DNA of 64,000 nt from Octopus vulgaris (lineage: Eukaryota): positions 131,316,001 through 131,380,000 of the forward strand of contig OX597819.1 of assembly GCA_951406725.2 (NCBI GenBank), given 5' to 3'. The position numbers were made by a program, and so were the translations under genes. How positions within the stretch are numbered: the stretch's first letter is position 1; the number at the start of each line of letters is the position of its first letter. Shown piece after piece: positions 53,791-64,000 of this stretch. The notes under the pieces are model-generated. The model saw only the letters and a program-made list of their open reading frames with translations. It made no database searches and was not told the origin of the DNA.

Positions 53791-54928
53791 CTGCTCGTGA
53801 TCAGAGATGCACATATCGTCAGCCACTAAGGGACATGCTCAACTGGTTAAGGTCAAACAACTGACAAGCAAATCTGTGGTATTGAGCAGAATATTTGCTG
53901 TAGCCCATCTTTTATACCAAGACAATGGTAAGATGAGAAACCATGAGAGCCACTGCCTGGTACTGCATCAGGGCATTTACTACTACTACTACTACTACTA
54001 CGTTTGTCAAGAAAAAAGAACACTCCAAAAGTAAAATGGTTCAGTTATAATTGTGCAACATATATTGTTGGTGACAGGTAAAATGATAAAAGGTCATACA
54101 CCACTGACCAGTTTGTCAGAAGAGTGAGTCTTCAGTAGTACCTAGCGAAATAGTTGGCACTCTTACCAATTTAATACCATAACCGAGAATATACAGCTCG
54201 ACAATGTGTGTGTGTGTGTGTCACTATTCTTAGCAGCAGTATGACCTTCTCCTCAGCCCCATCCTTACACCCCATTGTGCTGCTGCTGTCCTAAGACCCC
54301 AACATTTGGTAGAGTTCCTGTATCTCTCTGTGTTTGTGTGTTTGCCCACGGTGTTGCCATCATGGTAGTTGTTGTTATTGCCATTGTTGTCACCGCTGCT
54401 TCAGCTGTCGTTGTTATTCGTGTTGTTGGTATTGTTGTGGTCGTCCGTGAAATTTCTTGTGTGTGTTTGTGTGAGTGTATGGGTTTGCTTCATACATTGT
54501 TTGTATCCATGCCCTTTATAGGGATTTATTCATATCCTTAAAATCCTTAAAAATGTTTTAGCCCGAAGGCCGCGGCCATGCTGGGGCACCACCGCATATA
54601 TTTATTTATCTTATCTATCTCTATTTCTTATATTTATCACAGGTATGTGACAAATATATTTATACATTTGTTTATTTATCTATTTATACATTTATTTATT
54701 TTATATTTATCTATCTATCTCTACTTCTTATATATATCACACATAAGTGCATATATGTCTATTGTGTGTGTATTACAGAGAGATACAGGAACTCTACCAA
54801 ATTTTCGGGTCTTAGGGCAGCAGCAGCAGAATGGGGTGAGAGGATGGGGCTGAGGGGAAGGCCATGCTGCTGCTAGGAACAATGACACACACACACATAA
54901 GCACAAACATACAAACAAACACACACAA

Positions 54929-54959
<31 letters not shown>

Positions 54960-55391
54960 AACACACACATGCACACACATACACACACATATAAGCATGG
55001 ATGCAGATGCATGCGCACGTAAGTATACATATGTTAGAAGAACAGAATAGAGGAAGTGGAGCAAGAGCTCACTCGAAAATGAAAAGTGTTGCTGAAGAGG
55101 TCACAGGTGTGTAATGGAAGATTTCCGGACAATGGACTCAGCTGAAATTTTTTGAAAATAAAAAAGGACAGTAATAAATGAGTGAAGAACACATATATAG
55201 TGTGTATGTTTATTTGGCAAAAAAATAATAACCGTCCCAAAATACAATATATAAATATTATTTGTGGTGTCCTGTACTCACATATATATATTTATATATG
55301 TGTGTATATATACATGTAGATGTAGGTACGTACAAATATGTATGTATGTATGCATATATTTTATTTATTAATTTATAAATTTATATATATA

Positions 55392-55453
<62 letters not shown>

Positions 55454-55522
55454 TAAATATATAAATACATGCATATATGCATACATATATGCACATAAAT
55501 ATATATATATATATATATAATT

Positions 55523-56686
55523 TATCATCATCATCATCATCATCGTCGTTTAACGTCCGTTCTCCATGCTAGCATGGGTTGGACGGTTCGACCGGGGATC
55601 TGGGAAGCCAGAAGGCTGCACCAGGCTCCAGTCTTATCTGCAGTGTTTCTACAGCTGGATGCCCTTCCTAACGCCAACCACTCCGTGAGTGTAGTGGGTG
55701 CTTTTTACGTGCCACCTGCACAGGTGCCAGGCGAGGCTGGCAACGGCCACGGTCAGATTGGTGTATTTTATGTGCCACCGGCACAGAAGCCAGACGAGGC
55801 GGTGCTGGCATCGGCCACGAGTCGGATGGTGCTTTTTACGTACCACCAGACCAGGGATCCTGGCTGGTTCAATTCGATTTCGATTTCGCTTGCCCCAACA
55901 TGTCTTCACAAGCAAGGGGGTTGGCATGGGTGCCTGTTGTACGGTCAGATTGGTGTATTTTACATGCCACCGGCACGGAAGCCAGTGGAGGCGGCACTGG
56001 CATCGGCCACGAGTCGGATAGTGCTTTTTACGTACCACCAGACCAGGGAACCTGGCTGGTTCGATTCGATTTCGCTTGCCCCAACATGTCTTCGCAAGCA
56101 AGGGGGTTGGCATGGGTGCCTGTCGTACGGTCAGATTGGTGTATTTTACGTGCCACCGGCACAGAAGCCAGTGGAGGCGGCGCTGGCATCGGCCATGAGT
56201 CGGATAGTGCTTTTTACGTACCACCAGACCAGGGATCCTGGCTGGTTCAATTCGATTTTGACTTCGATTTCGATTTCGATTTCGCTTGCCCCAACATGTC
56301 TTCGCAAGCAAAGGGGGGTTGGCATGGGTGCCTGTCGTCGGATGAGGTTCTATATCGACTTCACTTGCCTCAACAGGTCTTTGTGTCCAAGGGAGGAAAG
56401 GCATTCATAAGTGGGCTGGGCTCACTTGTCCTGCCTGGTCTTCTCACGTACAGAATATTTCCAAAGGTCTCGGTCGCTGGTCATTTCCTCAGTGAGGCCT
56501 AAAGTTCGAAGGTCGTGCTTCACCACCTCGTCCCAGGTTTTCCTGGGTCTACCTCTTCCACGGGTTCCCTCAACTACTAAGGATTGGCACTTTCTCACAC
56601 ACCTATCTTCATCCATTCTCGCCACATGACCATACCAGCGCAATCGTCTCTCTTGCACACCACAACTGATGCCTCTTAGGTACAAC

Positions 56687-56690
<4 letters not shown>
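55523..56690 (-). mobile_element. RTE-clade LINE 3' fragment with triplicated ~190-bp 3' UTR unit and (ATG)n tail
   Basis: ERRLRWYGHVARM...GTRGRGRPRKTW; unit ggtcagattggtgtatttta at ~55751, 55943 and 56129. Confidence 0.9.
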
Positions 56691-56722
<32 letters not shown>

Positions 56723-56861
56723 AGAAATAGGAAGAGCTCTGAAGATTTCTCTTGAATGAAACAGTACTAGTCCTGTAGAACTCTATATAATAAATTAATT
56801 TTACTCTGCTATGTATTGAGTACCTTACTTACTGTGGTTAACCCCGAATCAACCCGGGACC

Positions 56862-56914
<53 letters not shown>

Positions 56915-57459
56915 GTTATGAGAGGTAATGGTGTCAAGAAGATCCAAAGGTTTCAGGTAATACTGAGTAAGTGCTATGGACAGACCATAGTTAAGCTCCA
57001 AGTTCTGTGATTATGCGAATGAGGAGTCCAACGGGGGTCATGTATCAGCATGTGTATAAATAAAAAAATTATTTTGTTTTCAGAATGAGATAAAAAAAAA
57101 ACCAAGTCTGTGAAGATTTCAGAACATTTATAAATAGAAGGTCTTACAGCTGTTTCCGGGATATTTACTATAGTCCCCATGCAATTCATCAAACCCTAAC
57201 ATACATCACACCACATCATAGAATTTTATTTTAATACTTTCTATTTCAGTTCCAAATGTCTCTTCTACACGTGTTTCATGAGGTGCGTTTAACGTTCCCG
57301 AGACCCTTATTTTTTTTCAGAAACATGTCTTAACTGCAACCCCAATCATCAGGATTCTCCATAACTTATTTATAATTCTATAATTATTCCTATATTTTTA
57401 TATTTTATCAGTTACAAATGTAACTAACTAACAAACATGTAGGTGTACAAATAAATTCG

Positions 57460-58485
57460 CCCATCTCTGACATAGATGAAGATACAACCAGCAACGTCTC
57501 ATCCTTTGCTGATGACACCAGGGTCATGAGACAAATCAAAGACGAGGTGGATACAGAGGCCTTACAAAAGGACCTGACCACCATATATAAATGGCAGGAA
57601 ACAAACAACATGTTGTTCAATGATAAGAAGTTTGAACTAATTCGCTACGGAACAGATCAAGATCTGAAAAATACAACAAACTACAGAAACCCATCAGGAC
57701 AACAAATAATGGAAAAACAGTATGTGAAAGATTTAGGCATCCACATGGGAACCAACCTAAAATTCAGAGAACACCTTGACTCAGTCTGTCTTACTGCAAG
57801 AAAGTACAGCGGATGGATCTTGCGCACCTTCAAATCGAGAGATACCTCAACAATGAAAACCCTCTGGAACAGTATGATACTTCCGAGGATTGACTACTGT
57901 TCTCAGTTGTGGTCACCAACAACAAAGGGCCAACTATCTAAGATGGAATCGCTCCAAAGAAATTTTACCTCATACTTCTCAGAAACGAGGGACCTGGACT
58001 ATTGGCAAAGACTCAAAACCTTGAGGATGTACTCAATAGAAAGAAGATTTGAGCGATACCGAATTATATACATTTGGAAAATGATAGAGCAAAAGGTGCC
58101 AAACTTTGGTATCAAAACCTACCACTCACTGCACCACGGAAGACGCTGCCAGCTACCACCAATCAACAAAAAGGCTGGCCAGGCAGCAAAAACCCTGCGA
58201 GAATCAAGTCTGTTGGTTCGAGGAGCACAACTATTCAACTCCATTCCGGTACATGTCAGAAATCTATCAGGATGCTGTGTGGAATCATTCAAATTGCAGC
58301 TGGATAGATACTTAAGCACCATTAGAGATGAACCCCATCTCCCAGGATATACACAACGAGCACAAACTGACTCAAACTCGCTCCTACACATGTCAAAATT
58401 AAACAGAGAATACAACCTGGCAACCACACCAGACTCTGAAGGTGGAGTCTTCGACTTGGCCTGAGCATGGACTCAAACTCAAATG
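57460..58485 (+). mobile_element. 5'-truncated CR1-group LINE; uninterrupted C-terminal ORF2 (312 aa)
   Basis: SSFADDTRV, LQKDL, KDLGI, RTFKSRD, IDYCSQLWSP, DYWQRLK.LRMYS.ERR, SFKLQLDRYL. Confidence 0.9.
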
Positions 58486-58519
58486 AAATGAACCTTACCG
58501 TGCAAGCCATAATTTTATT

Positions 58520-59276
58520 AAATAAAGATTAAAAATTTTTAAATTAAAATCAAATGTGACTTATGCCAAAGAACATACATATAAATTTATGTGTTTGAGT
58601 CACACTTTGACCATAAAACACCTTCGTGAACAGGAAAAGTGTCTGAGCTTGACCAATGAGTTCATCTCATCAGATTGTTCCTCATCTTAATCAAATGCTA
58701 GTCCCCTACTCATCATTGAAGAATAGATTTGCCAATCGACTTTGCTTAGTCAGAATCATCACAAGTAATGAAAAGTGGGTCCTTGATAACCATATCCAAT
58801 GAAAACGACGATGGAGCATCCATCCCCAAACCAGGACCGCATCCGGAAAAAACTTGGGCTTCGTGTTTGGAGGTAAATGAAGGTTGTCGTCTATCATGAA
58901 GGGCTGAACTTTATTTTCATATAAATATTCTTTTAGAACATTGTCATCTTATGAGATTTTGCTGGCAAATTTTTTAATTTAAATAAACATTTATTTACGT
59001 GAAGGGTTAAGCCCAAACGAGACATTTAATATGAAGTACTATCATCATTGCACAAAAATTTGGAGGAAAAGCACCCATCGTTGGTCAATCATAAAAAAAG
59101 ATGTTGCTCTTACGATATTGGATGACCACGTATTGACCAAAATCACACAGGAAAAGATTCTGGCATTAAATATGGAAGTTTTGCCCCCTGCTCCTTACTT
59201 TCCCGACCTTGCTCCTGACTACCATCTTTTCAGATCATTACAACGTTCTTTGGAGGCTAAAACAGTTTATAATTCA
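58520..59276 (+). mobile_element. Decayed mariner transposase relic interrupted by a Helitron
   Basis: ITSNEKWV and PYFPDLAP.DYHLFRSLQ motifs. Confidence 0.75.
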
Positions 59277-59640
59277 CTAGCAGTATCGCCCAGCGTTGCT
59301 CGGGTTTGTTTCGACCCTTTAGAATTGGAATTTTTGAAAAGTAAAAATTTTGCATTATGTAGCTATTCTGGTTGAAATACACCGAAAAATTGTGACACAG
59401 CAGTCAAAGAATCGTAAAAAAAATAGGGATTTTCATAGAAAAAAAAGCACCTTTTTGATGTAAATAATCTCTGGTATTAACCTGGTCCGATTTCAATTTT
59501 TTCTTCTACAGAAGGAAGAGCAAGCCTTCTTCTATCAAACTCTCAATTTTGGTCAACTTGCGTCACAGGGTCTCGGAGGAGATAGTGTTAGTTGAAGGCT
59601 ACCAAACCTGCCATACACAGACAACTTCAGCTTTATATAT
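59277..59640 (-). mobile_element. Non-autonomous Helitron (different internal sequence)
   Basis: ctagcagtatcgccc.gcgttgctcggg 3' end. Confidence 0.7.
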
Positions 59641-59767
59641 ATACAGGGTGTCCCCAAAAAATGTATACACATAGTGGTTCGGCAAAAGAGAACGATAGAA
59701 TAAGTACCGGTACTGAAATGTTCACTAACAAATTATTTAAGGTGTGTTACATTTTTTACCCTGTTTT

Positions 59768-59805
<38 letters not shown>

Positions 59806-60840
59806 AAAGATCAAAATGATACTGAGAATTTTACGCCCAAGGGATTAACAATTTGCTAAATAGTTGCGATTATGTTATTAATAAAGAGCAGAACTATTTT
59901 CTTCTTTCCTCGCAGGTTCAGTCAAGGCGTTGTTGTCTCCCCTGCTATATCTTGTCACTTAATCTCATTCATTCCTCGCTTAGAATCGAACCTCTGGGTT
60001 ACCCTTCCACCACTTCAGGCTGCTGGCTGGTCTATCTTCTGGCAATACATAAAGAATATATATTTTAGTCTTGTTATCTTTTGCCCAATATTTTTCTACA
60101 ATTATATAGGTAAACGACGTTTATACGGCTTACAAAACATGCATTTGTCATTGTGGCACTCCGTCGGTTACGACGACGAGGGTTCCAGTTGATCCGATCA
60201 ACGGAACAGCCTGCTCGTGAAATCAACGTGCAAGTGGCTGAGCACTCCATAGACACGTGTACCCTTAACATAGTTCTCGGGGTGATTCATCGTGACACAA
60301 AGTGTGACGAGGCTGACCCTTTGAAATACAGGTACAACAGAAACAGGAAGTAAGAGTGAGAGAAAGTTGTGGTGAAAGAGTACAGCAGGGATCACCACCA
60401 TCCCCTGTCGGAGCCCCCTGGAGCTTTAGATGTTTTCGATCAATAAACACTCACAACGCCCGATCTGGGGATTGAAACCGCGAGTCCGCTGCCCTAACCA
60501 CTGGACTATTGCGTCTCCACATACATTTGTATATTGAAAGGTTATAAGTAAATATAAAGCAACTCGGTGATTTTATTCGGATTTTATTTCTGCAAAATCC
60601 TTTCACTTCTACAAAGGGTTTAAGTTCCCCGTCAATGGGGCAGAAGCGAGGGGTTTCTTACCTTTCGTCTGGCTGAGATTTCAGTTTTATCATTTTTAGT
60701 TTTATTCCTCAAATATGTCCGGAGCGAGGGAAATGATTTTATCATTCAGCATTCGGTAATTTTCCAGAGTAACACCCGCACAATTTTCACGAAGGAAACA
60801 TCCTAATATGCCGTGTGGGTGTTACTCTGAAAAAATTACC

Positions 60841-61215
60841 TTCTTTTCTACTCTAGACACAAGGCCCGAAATTTGGGGGGAAGGGGCCAGTCGATTAGAT
60901 CGACCTCAAGATGCAACAAGTACTTAATTTATCGACCCCGAAAGGATGAAAGGCAAAGTCGGCCTCGACGGAATTTGAACTCAGAACGTAGCGGCAGACG
61001 AAATACCTATTTCTTTACTACCCACCAGGGGCTACACACAGAGGAGACAAACAAAGACAAACAAGACAAACAAACGGATTAAGTCGATTATATCGACCCC
61101 AGTGCGTAACTGGTACTTATTTAATCGACCCCGAAAGGATGAAAGGCAAAGTCGACCTCGGCGGAATTTGAACTCAGAACGTAACGGCAGATGAATACTG
61201 CTAAACATTTCGCCT
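60841..61215 (-). mobile_element. Two nested/tandem family-B SINEs
   Basis: Two copies of cgaccccgaaaggatgaaaggcaaagtc...gaactcagaac. Confidence 0.8.
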
Positions 61216-61455
61216 TTAAACGGATTTCAGCATTAACGAAGAGAACTTTGAACTTTCTCAATTAACAAAACAAAGCAAGCTTTTTGTTATTGTTGTTGTC
61301 AATTCAACCTGTGGAGGGTTTATTTAAATAAAGGAAAAATTAGAGAAATTCGACGTAACGCCTGGAATAGTCTGTTACAGACGTGGAACACTGGACTAGA
61401 TGTTACTCGGTTTCATTTCTCTCGTTACTGAAGAAAAATAGAAATTTATCATTTA

Positions 61456-61851
61456 CTAGCAGTATCGCCCGGCGTTGCTCGGGTTTGTAAGGGAAATAAC
61501 TATATAAGCATTTTTAGAGAGTTATAGCCAAAAAATAGCAAAAAAATGCATTAAAAATGGAAAAAAAATTATGGTAATTTTTTTTTAAATCGTTGACTCA
61601 CCGTAGACATTTTTAGAGAGTTACTTCCCTTATATAATAGCGGAAAAAATGCATTAAAATGGAAAAATTATGGTAAATTTTTTTTTAAATCGTAGACTCA
61701 TCGTAGACGCGCGCTAATACCCAGAAGGGCTCGATATGAATCACGACTATAAGATACCCCGTTTTGGTTAAACTGCACCGCAAAATGTGGGAGTAGTTAG
61801 GAATCTAAATCGTAGGAGACAGACACACAACCTTACTTTTATATATAAAGA
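61456..61851 (-). mobile_element. Non-autonomous Helitron
   Basis: Reverse-complement copy of the 49400 unit with both termini. Confidence 0.8.
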
Positions 61852-62906
61852 TTAACTACAAAGAGATTTAAGCAGTAAACTATTATTATACGTTGGTTTC
61901 AAATTTTGGCACAAAGACAGCAAGTTCGCGGGTGGGGGTGACTGGTCTACTCGACTGGTACTTATTTTATCGACACCCAAAAGGATGAAAGGTAAAGTCG
62001 ACCTCGGTGGAATTTGAACCTAGAAATCTAAAGACAGACGAAATAACGCTCTTCATTTGGCTCGGCATGGTAACGATTCTACTAGCTGGCCGCCTTAAAT
62101 GCTAGTATATATCTATATATTACGGAGATGTACTTGCATAGCAAGTGACCTGATCTGAGATCGTGTGCTGGAACGAAAACAATTGCGACGTGGAAGGTGT
62201 TTATAAGCCATTTAAGAAACACACAAAAACTGTTAGATTCACTTCAACATTTAATTTTAATTTGTCAAAATATTTTCGTCTCAAAGCGACGAAAATATTT
62301 TGGCAAATTAAACTTAAATGTTGAAGTGAATCGAACGGCTTTTGTGTGTTTCTTAAATGTCTTATAAACACCTTCCACGTCGCAATTGTTTATATTAACA
62401 TATTAACGTTAAATTCAGTTAGTTTGAAGGTTGATATCAAAATAGGTCCTTCTGGCACCAACCTGCCGGAAACCGTTCCTGGTTCCATGATAAAATCTTC
62501 GTTTTAAAGCGATCCAAATGAAAACCATCCAACAAAATTTAATTGTGATTTATGTTCCAAATGCCAGCTTAATAATGGCAAAATGATTTTAAATAAATTC
62601 ATTGTTTTTAGGCATTTGACTACTTCCTGGGTACTGGGGTACTGCCTTAAAGGGTTTCACTGTATTTCAATAGGAATAGAGTAACGAAAGAGTCAAAGGA
62701 GCCCATTTTTAATATTGAGCCTATTGTTAATACGTGTATTACAATTTTGACGACATTTAAAAAAACTTATCAACAGATTAGGGTATCTCATTACTTGGTT
62801 TTGTTTGGTTCCAGAAGTGACCCCCTACTTCAAGCGTAGTATTAAGAACGTGTAGAGAAATAAGGCACTAACATTGACCTTACACACGGGGCATCTACCT
62901 CTAACT

Positions 62907-63181
62907 CATAGGTTCTCAAAGTGGGCGCCGAGACAGTCCAGGTGGGCGCTGGTGCCTAAGGGGGCGTTAAGGCAGTGGATTGGGGGACACTGGGAATTTA
63001 TTATAATATTATTATAGTATTGTATACAAATTATATAATACATTAAATATCAAATGATTCATAGTATATATAAATTGGTAAAATATAAAATATTTATTTT
63101 TACATAAAAATAGGGGTGGGGCGCTGGGGGAATTATGTGGTCATGAGTGAGTCAGTGGCCCAAAAAGTTTGAGAACCTCTG
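62907..63181. mobile_element. hAT-like MITE
   Basis: TIRs cataggttctcaaa / tttgagaacctctg; degenerate 8-bp TSD ctctaact/ccctagct. Confidence 0.6.
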
Positions 63182-64000
63182 CCCTAGCTCAACGGTAAAC
63201 TCTGTCGGGACTATTTCCTTCATCCCTGAACACTTCCACTAGACTCAGAATTGAGGGGATATGTATCTTAGTTAGGGCTTGCTTAATGAGTGTGTTATAT
63301 CTCAGTCTAATGATTAATGGACCCCGCATTCAATGAACATAATTCCGACATTGAGGGCGATGGATATGTGGCCGATCTCCAGAAAATTTGGCATTCAAAG
63401 AAAATAGGCAGCACTTCGGGTTTTGGTGAAAATGAAAAGTTGGAAATTTATTAACTTGTAGAAATTATCTCCCCTTCCTAACATATTTCTTTTCAAATTT
63501 CCATGCAAAAACGGGGACAGGTTGCATGCATGTTGTTATTTCGGAGAGAAAACCCCCGTCAAAATGCATTTTAACTTTATAATGTGAAAATCAATGGGAG
63601 AATTTTCATTGCATTTTTTTTTCGTTTTTTTTTACAGTCATTATTATATTAATTTATTTTTACACAAAGAAAAGAAAAAACATTAAAAGCATAAAAGACG
63701 AAATTTTCGAGAAAAAATCCCATAACTACCAGAAAAACAAAGAAAAAGAAAAAAAGGGGGGGGTTAAGTACCAAAAGATGGGTGGAGGAGGAGTAACGGG
63801 TTGCACACCCGAGAAACAAATGGCGTGTTTGGGTAGACCTCATGGCTATAATTGCAAAGGCAAGGCCGCAGAGAATGGCCTCGAGACACTGGCTACAACA
63901 ACCAGGCCCAGCTCGCGGGACTCGTTTCGCAGACGGGCCGAAGTTACCCCGAATTTGCGGCGGAAATCAGCAGTGCCGGTTTCGATTACGGACGGCATTC

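Noticed and set aside
55574-56502. Overlapping 200-278 aa ORFs with internal repeats
   Set aside because: Triplicated 3' UTR of an RTE LINE, open by chance.

Overview
AT-rich, microsatellite- and transposon-saturated animal DNA. The three tRNA-headed SINE families, Dong/R4, RTE, CR1-group and Penelope retroelements, mariner relics and non-autonomous Helitrons are typical of an octopus genome (recognition from memory, not a search). Almost all long ORFs in the supplied track are microsatellite or TE artefacts. The main discovery is a 5-exon + strand gene (CDS 37448-45063) that the ORF track shows only in fragments. It encodes a 228-aa secreted protein with intron phases 1-0-0-0, four predicted long amphipathic helices, a TATA box and an AU-rich 3' UTR. 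These are hallmarks of a long-chain class-I helical cytokine (IL-6/LIF/IL-11-like, or GH/PRL-like), so it is a candidate ligand for molluscan JAK-STAT signalling. The window also holds the first, signal-peptide exon of a divergent - strand gene (8152-8218), one intact and several decayed Penelope-type hammerhead ribozyme motifs (two further copies are folded back at the ribozyme), and a head-to-tail Helitron array.
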